Below are positions 7,374 through 14,913 of a stretch of 16,324 nucleotides of DNA, in pieces (position 1 is the stretch's first letter; each line of letters begins with the position of its first letter). Source of the stretch: Stenomitos sp. (GTDB lineage Bacteria; Cyanobacteriota; Cyanobacteriia; Leptolyngbyales; Leptolyngbyaceae); contig JBGTJW010000684.1 of assembly GCA_041744955.1 (NCBI GenBank), positions 1 through 16,324 on the forward strand, in the 5' to 3' direction. Made by a program: the position numbers and the translations under genes. The notes beneath the pieces are model-generated. The model was not told where the DNA came from. It saw only the letters and a program-made list of their open reading frames with translations, and searched no databases.

Positions 7374-7449
7374 TAAGAAAGAGCGGCGATCGCGCCCTGA
7401 ACCTCAAACGTTACCCGCAGGTAAAAGAGGTAGAGGAGCGATCGCCGCT
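7374..7449 (-). terminator. glnA terminator-like extended hairpin built on two HIP1 copies
   Basis: 12-bp perfect inverted repeat AGCGGCGATCGC (7382-7393) / GCGATCGCCGCT (7438-7449). Inner pairing ACCTC..TTACC-TGCG-GGTAA..GAGGT. On the minus strand it is followed by CTTTCTT. It begins about 47 nt after the glnA stop. Confidence 0.45.
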
Positions 7450-7495
7450 AGATGGTAGATGTGTCGTTACTGGTTGTTACCAACAGTTGTACTGT

Positions 7496-8932
7496 CTAGC
7501 AGTCGTAGTACAGCGCAAACTCGTAGGGATGCGGACGGATGCTTACTGGAATCACTTCGCGATCGAGCTTGTAGCTAATCCAGTTTTCGATGAAGTCTTC
7601 CGTGAAAACACCACCAACCGTCAAGAACTCATGATCTGTTTCCAGGTTCTTCAGCGCATCCATCAGTGAACCGGGTGTTGAAGGCACCTTCGCCAACTCT
7701 TCAGGGGTGAGTTCGTAGATGTCCACATCCAGCGAATCGCCGGGGTCAATCTCGTTCTTGATGCCGTCAATACCCGCGCAGAGCATCGCCGCAAACGCCA
7801 GATAGGGGTTGCACGAGGCATCGGGGCAACGGAACTCCAACCGTTTTGCTTTGGGGCTGTCACCCGACAGTGGAATCCGAATGGAGGCAGAGCGATTGCC
7901 CTGAGAATATGCCAGGTTTACAGGTGCTTCAAAACCGGGCACCAGGCGCTTGTAGGAGTTGGTCGTTGGGTTGGTAAACGCCAGCAGCGAGGGCGCGTGC
8001 TTCAGCAGACCGCCGATGTAGTGCATGGCTGTCTTGCTCAGTTGAGCATACTCTTCGCCAAAGAAGGTGGGTTGCCCATTTTTCCAGATCGACTGGTGGC
8101 AGTGCATCCCGGTGCCGTTATCGCCAAAAATCGGCTTGGGCATGAAGGTCGCAGACTTGCCATGCTTCTTGGCAACGTTTTTGATGCAGTACTTATAAGT
8201 CAACAAGTAGTCAGCAGCTTTCACCAAAGACGCAAACCGGAAGCCCAATTCGCACTGTCCGCCTGTCGCAACTTCGTGGTGGTGCTTCTCGATCGGCACA
8301 CCGCAATGCTTCATTGCCAGCAGCATTTCAGTACGGATGTCTTGCAGCGTATCAGTCGGCGCAACGGGGAAGTAGCCTTCTTTATTCCGAGGCTTGTACC
8401 CTAGATTGCCGCCCTTGCCAGTGGTTGGATTATATTCTTCACGACCCGAGTTCCACACGCCTTCGTCGCTATCAACGTAGTAGTAGCCAGCGTTCTGCGT
8501 CTGGTCATACCGCACGTCATCAAATAGGAAAAACTCGGCTTCGGGTCCAAAAAAGGCAGTGTCACCGATACCTGTTGTTTGCAGATAGTCGATCGCTTTT
8601 TGGGCGATCGATCGAGGATCACGGCTATAGGGCTGTCCTGTGCGTGGCTCGATAATGCTACAGATCATGCTCAGAGTTGGTTCTGCCATGAAGGGGTCGA
8701 TCCAGGCAGTATCTGGATCAGGCACCATTGCCATGTCTGAGTCATTAATGGCTTTCCAACCCCGGATGCTAGAGCCATCAAAGGCAACACCCTCGCTAAA
8801 GCTGCTTTCATCGATCATGTCGTGGAACAGGGTCAAATGTTGCCACGTTCCTGGCGTGTCAATGAATTTCAGATCGATCATCTGAATCTTGTCACGTTTA
8901 ATCCATTCCAGGATTTCCTGCGGGGATGCCAT
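7496..8932 (-). CDS. glnA: glutamine synthetase type I
   Basis: 478 aa with unmistakable GSI sequence: [80 protein letters not shown] lies 7 nt upstream of the ATG. Confidence 0.97.
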   Translation of the reverse strand: MASPQEILEWIKRDKIQMIDLKFIDTPGTWQHLTLFHDMIDESSFSEGVAFDGSSIRGWKAINDSDMAMVPDPDTAWIDPFMAEPTLSMICSIIEPRTGQPYSRDPRSIAQKAIDYLQTTGIGDTAFFGPEAEFFLFDDVRYDQTQNAGYYYVDSDEGVWNSGREEYNPTTGKGGNLGYKPRNKEGYFPVAPTDTLQDIRTEMLLAMKHCGVPIEKHHHEVATGGQCELGFRFASLVKAADYLLTYKYCIKNVAKKHGKSATFMPKPIFGDNGTGMHCHQSIWKNGQPTFFGEEYAQLSKTAMHYIGGLLKHAPSLLAFTNPTTNSYKRLVPGFEAPVNLAYSQGNRSASIRIPLSGDSPKAKRLEFRCPDASCNPYLAFAAMLCAGIDGIKNEIDPGDSLDVDIYELTPEELAKVPSTPGSLMDALKNLETDHEFLTVGGVFTEDFIENWISYKLDREVIPVSIRPHPYEFALYYDC

Positions 8933-9250
8933 GTATTACTCCTTATTGCGGTACTGTCTCTAAAGTGGGAGGAACGAAGAACGGTAGAAATCATTTGAGA
9001 GCAGCAGTGAAAGCGTTGCATCCTAAGGTTTGGCGCTGAAACGTCTGATCGGTCGACCGACCGATCTACAGCTTCAAACGCTCAGACACAGAACAATGAG
9101 CTTGAACCGAGACAGAAGCCTACAGTCTTAATCAGCTTTCAACCAAAGCCACAAACTTCTCCTGCGTTTCTAAAGCCAATGAAAGGATTGTCAGGAAGAG
9201 GCTGCCTTAGCAAACCCTCTCCGGGCTTAGAGCTTACTTGTATCTGAATC

Positions 9251-9293
9251 ATCCTAGAGATTGGCTTGAGTCACTTTTGTATCAACTGCTACA
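9251..9293 (-). promoter_or_regulatory. NtcA-activated (class II) promoter directed toward glnA
   Basis: Perfect TGTA-N8-TACA (tGTAtcaactgcTACa, 9278-9293). On the minus strand, exactly 22 nt downstream of the site, lies TAGGAT (9256-9251), which fits the -10 pattern TAN3T. Predicted TSS is near 9244, about 310 nt upstream of the glnA ATG. On the plus strand no TAN3T sits at the equivalent spacing. Confidence 0.7.
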
Positions 9294-9691
9294 AAGTGTT
9301 GCCTTACCAGTCGAGACTTAAGTGCAGGTTAAGGGTGTAGCGTGCAGACGAACGTGCAGAGTGACTGCTCTAACGTAATTTTAAGAACCTGTAACACTTG
9401 ATGTTTACAATTGCAACATGGCACGATTCTGTTTCATGCAATGGTAAACTTGACCGTACGCTCAGACTCAAAGAACCGTCAGTTCTACGATTTGAGCCGT
9501 ATGTGACTAGAGATCATACGCCTAAAAATGAGCGTGAATGGATCAATCACTGTTGTTGTCCACGGGGCATAGCTTACTTTGAATCTGTTGATCGCGATGA
9601 GCCTTTGGGCTTGCCATTGAGCAAGATTTTTGTCGTCGAACGAGTCAACCATAACTAAGAACATATTAAGGATCGTTGGGAGAAGAGTTTC

Positions 9692-10201
9692 ATGCGTGAT
9701 GCAGTGACGAGTTTGATTAGAAATTACGATATTACAGGTCGTTACCTCGATCGCAATGCTATTGATAGCCTCAAAGCGTATTTTGATACGGGTATTGCCA
9801 GAGTGCAGGCATCGGCAGTCATCAATGCGAATGCAGCGGCGATCGTCAAACAGGCAGGTTTGCAATTGTTTGACGAACTGCCAGAGTTGATTCGTCCCGG
9901 TGGCAATGCTTACACCACTCGTCGCTATGCCGCTTGCCTGCGCGATTTAGACTACTACCTGCGCTACGCGACCTACGCCCTTGTTGCAGGCGATACGGAT
10001 GTGTTGGATGAGCGGGTGCTAGAAGGGCTACGCGAAACCTACAATTCGCTGGGTGTACCATCTGGACCCACCGTACGCGGCATCCAAATCTTGAAGGCGA
10101 TCGCGCAAGAAACCGTCGCTGAAGCTGGCATCACCAACGCGGCGTTTATCGATCAACCGTTTGATTACATGGCGCGTGAATTGAGCGAGAAGAATATTTA
10201 G
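9692..10201 (+). CDS. apcF: allophycocyanin beta-18 subunit (phycobilisome core)
   Basis: 169 aa, collinear with ApcF as I remember it: MRDAVTSLIRNYDITGRYLDRNAIDSLKAYF, PELIRPGGNAYTTRRYAACLRDLDYYLRYATYALVAG, LRETYNSLGVP, QPFDYMARELSE. GGGAGAAGAG lies upstream of the ATG. Confidence 0.95.
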   Translation: MRDAVTSLIRNYDITGRYLDRNAIDSLKAYFDTGIARVQASAVINANAAAIVKQAGLQLFDELPELIRPGGNAYTTRRYAACLRDLDYYLRYATYALVAGDTDVLDERVLEGLRETYNSLGVPSGPTVRGIQILKAIAQETVAEAGITNAAFIDQPFDYMARELSEKNI

Positions 10202-10234
10202 TTTGCCGAGAGTTCACATCCTAAACTCAGTTGT

Positions 10235-10276
10235 AAAGAGGTGAGGCGCGATCGTGTCTCACCTCTTTCTTTGTTT
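10235..10276 (+). terminator. rho-independent terminator of apcF
   Basis: 11-bp perfect stem AAAGAGGTGAG (10235-10245) / CTCACCTCTTT (10258-10268), a 12-nt loop, then the T-rich tail cTTTgTTT. Confidence 0.7.
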
Positions 10277-10290
10277 CGTTCTGTAGCAAA
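10266..10290. repeat. left copy of the direct repeat flanking the R-M cassette
   Basis: TTTCTTTGT (10266-10274), 9 nt, then TAGCAAA (10284-10290). Compare the right copy at 12253-12279. Confidence 0.4.
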
Positions 10291-10316
10291 TAACTCTTCA
10301 GCCAAAACACTGTTGA

Positions 10317-11372
10317 TTAAATAACAGTATCAAGAAAAGTTAGCTGAGTTGGTGGTTTCACTCGACGTAAATGACTACAGCGACCAGTATTTTGATACTC
10401 TTGAATATCAACTAAAATCTTAGATGCTAATGCTCTACTAAAATTAACAGGAACAGCGTTTCCCACCATCTTATAGCCAGTGGAAATATTATCGTACTTA
10501 AGAATAAAGTCATCTGGAAACGTTTGTATCCTTGCACATTCTCGAACTGAAAGCCTGCGGTATGGCTTAGGAGAGCTTGGATCAAAAATTCGCTTATCTT
10601 GTTCAACAAAAATCATTTTATTGGCTTGAGGGTGAATCGGTGCATGCCGTCCGCCTGCCTGAATAGTAAACGAGGGTTCATCCCAACTTCTAACGCGATT
10701 TCTAGACATATAAATGCTAGAAAAACCCATATCTAAATACTCATGGTTAGCAACTAAAGCCGAATAATTTATTGCCTGCCGACTGGCAACAGGTTCTATA
10801 AGGCTTAAGTCATAAACAGTATCCCTCAAAGTTGGAATTTTGTGATTTTCTTGTGGGAAGCTAAAGGTGCCACCCATATCTTCTCTATAACCCACGATAA
10901 TAACTCTTTGTCTATCCTGAGGTACATTAAAATACTTAGCATTCAGTAGTTTATAAGCTACTTCATAACCTGCATCTTTAAACATATATAGAATATTAGA
11001 AAAAGCATAAGTATGCCTCTCTGAAAGAATACCGCTTACATTTTCAGCTACAAAAAATAGAGGTTTTTTTGCTTGTACAATTCTGATGTATTCATAGAAA
11101 AGTTGCCCTCTAGAATCATTAATGCCTCGCCCAGCGCCTGCCTCGCTCCAGCTTTGGCAGGGCGGTCCGCCGATAATGCCAATGCAATTAGGTATTTCTG
11201 ATGATGGAATGTCTTGTATCGCTCTTCTATCTAGTGTCGTTTCGGTATGATTAAGCTCATAAGTTTCCCAAATTGATTTATCGTTTTCATTTGCCCAATC
11301 GACCTGAAAACCTGCTAGAGAAAAGCCTAAATCTAGACCACCACAACCAGAAAATAAAGATACAACATTCAT
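10317..11372 (-). CDS. type II DNA (cytosine-5)-methyltransferase, M.HaeIII-like (predicted GGCC)
   Basis: C5-MTase motifs in canonical order: I FSGCGGLDLGF, IV GGPPCQSWS, VI FFVAENVSG, VIII QDRQRVIIVG, X GNAVPV. The variable region and flanks (NHEY..SSIYMSRNRVRSWDEPSFTIQAGGRHAPIHPQA, YRRLSVRECARIQTFPDDF) are collinear with my recollection of M.HaeIII. Specificity is inferred, not proven. Confidence 0.93.
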   Translation of the reverse strand: MNVVSLFSGCGGLDLGFSLAGFQVDWANENDKSIWETYELNHTETTLDRRAIQDIPSSEIPNCIGIIGGPPCQSWSEAGAGRGINDSRGQLFYEYIRIVQAKKPLFFVAENVSGILSERHTYAFSNILYMFKDAGYEVAYKLLNAKYFNVPQDRQRVIIVGYREDMGGTFSFPQENHKIPTLRDTVYDLSLIEPVASRQAINYSALVANHEYLDMGFSSIYMSRNRVRSWDEPSFTIQAGGRHAPIHPQANKMIFVEQDKRIFDPSSPKPYRRLSVRECARIQTFPDDFILKYDNISTGYKMVGNAVPVNFSRALASKILVDIQEYQNTGRCSHLRRVKPPTQLTFLDTVI

Positions 11373-11389
11373 AACGTGAGAAAACTAAC

Positions 11390-12238
11390 CTATCTTCTAT
11401 AGCTAATCATTTTTGCGGGAAGAATTTCAACCGGATTATTAGGCGATTTAATTGTGATGCTCTGAATATTAAAGCCTGGTAAAGTTATATTCTCGATCGC
11501 TTTCCTACTTTCTTCTGCAAAGGAAGCATATTTGCTCTCTTTCATTAAAGCAATAATTTGAAAATTTGCATTAGGAGTGTACCCAGAGTCTACATAACTA
11601 AAAGCTCTAGCAGGATTTTCAATGCCCCACATCCCTCTGATTCTTAAATAGGTTATGCCTAAAGGATCTACCTTATTCACTCTACCTAGCTCTTTCGTTA
11701 CGGTGAACTCGACTCCTTGAATTTCAGCAATTCCATTGATTAAGCCATTTCTAGTCTTCTCATAAATTTCTTTGTCTGCGGCATAGCAGTCACCGTAAAT
11801 TAGCCACAGAAGCTTTAACTTTTTTTGATTGATGATGCCGATCGCATAAATAATATCTTTTTCCGTCCAAGCCTCACAATTTCGGCAGGCGCTAATGAGC
11901 ATTGGATTATCAGAAAATAGCTTTGCTTTTGGGTAAGAGCTATTGAGCGCAATTTGAGAGCCGTACGATTCAATTTTCTTTACTTCTACTGCGTCGCCGC
12001 TTTTGATCATTAGATCGGGCGGGTTATTTTGGTTGCCAGCGTATGAAAAGACTTCGGAATACTTCAAAAGTCTCTCATTTTCATCACCTGCGTTCACGGT
12101 GCCTGCAAAAGCATCTTTAATGAAAACTTCAAGGGCATCACCTACACCATTAATTCTATTTTTCCCTTTATAGTGGCTAACTAAATCTGAAATTGGATTG
12201 TGAACAATATTTTGTATAGCTTCTAGGAGATTGCTCAT
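11390..12238 (-). CDS. type II restriction endonuclease, R.NgoPII-like (predicted GGCC)
   Basis: Ends 17 nt upstream of the methyltransferase gene on the same strand. PD-(D/E)XK core NPPDLMIKSGDAVEVKK. Blocks ALNSSYPKAKL, EKDIIYAIGI and ELGRVNKVDPLGITYLRIRGMWGIENP match my memory of the NgoPII family, as does the size (282 aa). The assignment is from memory, not a search. Confidence 0.8.
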   Translation of the reverse strand: MSNLLEAIQNIVHNPISDLVSHYKGKNRINGVGDALEVFIKDAFAGTVNAGDENERLLKYSEVFSYAGNQNNPPDLMIKSGDAVEVKKIESYGSQIALNSSYPKAKLFSDNPMLISACRNCEAWTEKDIIYAIGIINQKKLKLLWLIYGDCYAADKEIYEKTRNGLINGIAEIQGVEFTVTKELGRVNKVDPLGITYLRIRGMWGIENPARAFSYVDSGYTPNANFQIIALMKESKYASFAEESRKAIENITLPGFNIQSITIKSPNNPVEILPAKMISYRR

Positions 12239-12252
12239 AGTAGATGTTGCCG

Positions 12253-12279
12253 TTTCTTTGTAGGGTAGAGTATAGCAAA
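12253..12279. repeat. right copy of the direct repeat flanking the R-M cassette
   Basis: TTTCTTTGT (12253-12261), 11 nt, then TAGCAAA (12273-12279). It overlaps a TATACT -10-like hexamer on the minus strand (12274-12269) upstream of the endonuclease gene. Confidence 0.4.
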
Positions 12280-12542
12280 AGGATTAAGTAGGAGCCGTTT
12301 TCCTGGAGTTCCGTTATTATCCCGCTTCGATTGAGCAAGAGTGGCAGCCAACCCGGGAAGAGCAGGGTGTAAATCTGAAACCAGATGAAGTGAAACGCGC
12401 TGTTGATGTTTCCTTATTCGTCGGATAGCCTGCACATGAAGCACGTACGCAATAACGGATGTTACTGGCACGGGTGCAGCGGAAGTTTGAGGCTGACCAG
12501 AACCGCTAAAATAGGGTGAGAGTCCCAAGCCGTAAAGTTTCT

Positions 12543-14459
12543 ATGACCGTGCGATCGTCCGTTGACTTTTTGGATGCCTTTGATGTGGTGGTGGTCGGAG
12601 CCGGACACGCTGGCTGTGAGGCAGCATTGGCAACGGCGCGGCTGGGCTGCCGCACACTCTTGCTCACCTTAACGTTAGACAAAATCGCGTGGCAGCCGTG
12701 CAATCCTGCGGTGGGTGGTCCGGCGAAGTCTCAACTGGTGCATGAAGTGGATGCGCTGGGCGGCGAAATCGGCAAAATGGCAGACCGCACCTACCTGCAA
12801 AAGCGTGTGCTGAATGCGTCACGCGGTCCGGCGGTATGGGCGCTACGGGCGCAGACGGACAAGCGCGAATATGCGGCTGTCATGAAAACGATCGTGGAAA
12901 ACCAGTTAAACCTGACGATCCGCGAAGGCATGGCAACGGATCTGGTTCTGGGCGAAAACAATGAAATCATTGGTGTGCAAACCTACTTTGGCGTAGCGTT
13001 TCAGTGCAAAGCCGTCGTGTTGACCACAGGCACCTTTTTAGGCGGAAAAATTTGGGTCGGCAATACGTCGATGGCAGCCGGACGCGCGGGAGAATTTGCG
13101 GCTGTTGGGATGACTGAAACGCTCAATCGGCTGGGCTTTGAAACGGGACGGCTGAAAACGGGGACACCTGCCAGGGTCGATCGGCGCTCCGTCGATTTCA
13201 CAAACCTGGAACCTCAACCCGGTGATGCAGACGTGCGCTGGTGTAGCTTCGACCCTAAAGCATGGGTGGTACGGGAGCAAGTGCCCTGTTACCTGACACG
13301 TACGACTGCCGAAACTCATCGCATCATTCGCGAAAACCTCCATCTATCACCTGTTTATGGTGGTTGGGTAGATGCCAAAGGTCCACGCTATTGCCCCAGC
13401 ATTGAAGACAAAATCGTCCGCTTTGCTGATAAGGAAAGCCATCAGATTTTCATTGAGCCAGAAGGACGCGATACACCAGAGCTTTATATTCAGGGCTTTT
13501 CAACGGGCTTGCCAGAAGCGATTCAGTTGCAAATGCTGCGATCGCTCCCCGGATTGGAACACTGCGCCATGCTGCGTCCTGCCTATGCCGTTGAATATGA
13601 CTATCTGCCTGCAACGCAGTGCTACCCCACCCTGATGACCAAAGCGGTTGAAGGGTTATTCTGCGCTGGGCAAATCAATGGCACGACGGGCTATGAAGAA
13701 GCGGCGGCACAGGGACTTGTAGCAGGCATTAATGCGGCTCGGTTGGTGCAAAAGCAGGAGATGATTATTTTCCCGCGTGAGCAAAGCTATATTGGCACCT
13801 TGATTGACGACCTTTGCACAAAAGACTTGCGCGAACCCTACCGAGTGCTGACTTCACGATCGGAGTATCGCCTCCTGCTGCGATCGGACAATGCGGATCA
13901 ACGCCTCACGCCACTGGGTCGAGAAATTGGGCTGATTGACGATCGTCGTTGGCATTTATTCACCCATAAACAAGAACGGATCGTTGCTGAAAAAGAGCGG
14001 CTGCATGAAACTCGTGTGAAAGAACATGATGAACTGGGTCAAAGAATTGCAGCGCACACGCAGCAGGCAATTAAAGGTTCGCTGACTTTAGCCGATTTGC
14101 TGCGGAAGCCAGGGTTTCACTACGCCAATTTAGAACAGTTTGGGTTGGGCAATGCAGAGTGCGATCGCGCCGAAAAAGAAGGGGCTGAAATTGACATTAA
14201 ATATGCCGGGTATATTCAACGGCAACAGCACCAAATTGACGCGATCGTCCGTCAAGAACATCGCAAACTACCACCCGATTTAGACTACAGTGCGATCGCC
14301 ACACTCTCTAAAGAATCCCGCGAAAAGCTGGCGAAAGTGCAGCCTCTCACAATTGGACAGGCAACTCGCATTGGGGGTGTCAATCCTGCTGATGTGAATG
14401 CGTTACTTGTATACCTCGAAATCCAGGCACGTCAGCAAGCGGAAGCGGGAGTTTTATGA
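12543..14459 (+). CDS. mnmG: tRNA uridine 5-carboxymethylaminomethyl modification enzyme MnmG (GidA)
   Basis: Start set at ATG 12543; the track start 12516 is GTG. FAD motif [17 protein letters not shown], then [67 protein letters not shown] and [14 protein letters not shown] are all classic MnmG blocks. Confidence 0.96.
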   Translation: MTVRSSVDFLDAFDVVVVGAGHAGCEAALATARLGCRTLLLTLTLDKIAWQPCNPAVGGPAKSQLVHEVDALGGEIGKMADRTYLQKRVLNASRGPAVWALRAQTDKREYAAVMKTIVENQLNLTIREGMATDLVLGENNEIIGVQTYFGVAFQCKAVVLTTGTFLGGKIWVGNTSMAAGRAGEFAAVGMTETLNRLGFETGRLKTGTPARVDRRSVDFTNLEPQPGDADVRWCSFDPKAWVVREQVPCYLTRTTAETHRIIRENLHLSPVYGGWVDAKGPRYCPSIEDKIVRFADKESHQIFIEPEGRDTPELYIQGFSTGLPEAIQLQMLRSLPGLEHCAMLRPAYAVEYDYLPATQCYPTLMTKAVEGLFCAGQINGTTGYEEAAAQGLVAGINAARLVQKQEMIIFPREQSYIGTLIDDLCTKDLREPYRVLTSRSEYRLLLRSDNADQRLTPLGREIGLIDDRRWHLFTHKQERIVAEKERLHETRVKEHDELGQRIAAHTQQAIKGSLTLADLLRKPGFHYANLEQFGLGNAECDRAEKEGAEIDIKYAGYIQRQQHQIDAIVRQEHRKLPPDLDYSAIATLSKESREKLAKVQPLTIGQATRIGGVNPADVNALLVYLEIQARQQAEAGVL

Positions 14460-14460
14460 C

Positions 14461-14532
14461 GGCGTTTACTGTCATGATGTAGGTCGTTTCATCAAGAATG
14501 TGCTGTAGATATTCATGAGCCGACGGAGACAT
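14461..14532 (-). pseudogene. 5' remnant of a HEPN/DUF86 toxin gene (only about 20-24 codons retained)
   Basis: ATG at 14532-14530 overlaps the end of the MNT reading frame by 20 nt, the usual operon geometry. MSPSAHEYLQHILDETTYIM matches the DUF86 N-terminal YLQ.IL....I pattern. The frame then runs antisense into the mnmG 3' end with no further resemblance. Confidence 0.5.
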
Positions 14533-14913
14533 ACTCGACCTCATCTAAAATATGTGAACCAATATAAGGACTCAATGACTCGACAGTAATGAACGTCAGT
14601 TCGGGCTAAGAACGCTGATACGGTGCTGATCGGCTGAAACGTCGCAAACACGTTGGCGAAGACTTGACATCGACAACGGTGGCATAAGGGTTTCAGCTTA
14701 TCCCGAACTCAGGTTAATGAGGTCAACTGCTCTGCCAAAAAGATCTTCTAGAAAAAAGGATAGGGGTATAAAGTTATCAAATGTTTTCTGAGCTGGCTCA
14801 AAAGTAACCAAGATATCAACATCACTTTGAGGATGAATTGCGGTGTCACGGGCAAACGAGCCGAAGAAACATCGGTTGTCCTTACGATCCGAGTGAATGA
14901 GGGGCAGGGTTTT
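14513..14913 (-). pseudogene. MNT-type nucleotidyltransferase (antitoxin of a HEPN/MNT pair), interrupted by a MITE and lacking a usable start
   Basis: A frame absent from the ORF track reads ...DNRCFFGSFARDTAIHPQSDVDILVTFEPAQKTFDNFIPLSFFLEDLFGRAVDLIN.. and meets a stop at 14698-14700. The C-terminal part ..TVESLSPYIGSHILDEVEYVSVGS* resumes at 14586-14513 in another frame. The GS..R...D.D motif is the minimal nucleotidyltransferase signature. Only 15 codons separate an upstream in-frame TGA (14916-14914) from FFGS, and they hold no ATG/GTG/TTG. Confidence 0.65.
14593..14714. mobile_element. 122-bp MITE-like insertion with 18-bp imperfect TIRs and a 6-bp target-site duplication
   Basis: Left end ACGTCAGTTCGGGCTAAG (14593-14610). 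The right end CTTATCCCGAACTCAGGT (14697-14714) has the reverse complement ACCTGAGTTCGGGATAAG, 15/18 identical to the left end. Flanking direct repeat TAATGA at 14587-14592 and 14715-14720. Second internal inverted pair GCTGAAAC (14633-14640) / GTTTCAGC (14690-14697). No coding capacity. Confidence 0.6.

Noticed and set aside
7997-8885. Plus-strand ORFs inside glnA (7997..8404, 8314..8655, 8640..8885), with similar antisense ORFs inside mnmG and the FAD gene
   Set aside because: They are antisense to strongly supported conserved genes and contain no motifs.
8955-8985. GGAGGAACGAAGAACGG, superficially like the GAAGGAACG core of the glutamine (glnA-motif) riboswitch
   Set aside because: It lies on the plus strand, antisense to the glnA leader. 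It lacks the paired CGUUCA and GGAAGUAGG elements, and that riboswitch is normally found upstream of gifA/gifB-type genes rather than glnA.
9398-9658. 86-aa plus ORF upstream of apcF, and the 126-aa minus ORF 9485..9865
   Set aside because: The plus ORF has a TTG/ATG start with no RBS and a Cys/His-odd sequence with no recognisable domain, so it is probably the apcF promoter/leader region. I cannot exclude a real small protein. The minus ORF overlaps apcF antisense.
12335-12385. CCCGGGAAGAGCAGGG, reminiscent of the GGAA tetraloop region of SRP (4.5S) RNA
   Set aside because: The symmetric and asymmetric loop motifs and the closing helix of SRP domain IV are not present around it. No convincing extended hairpin could be drawn on either strand.
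12235-12528. 97-aa minus ORF across the R-M / mnmG intergenic region
   Set aside because: It has no RBS and a P/S/A-rich sequence. It would read through the endonuclease promoter region and overlaps the plus-strand Vsr-like motif.
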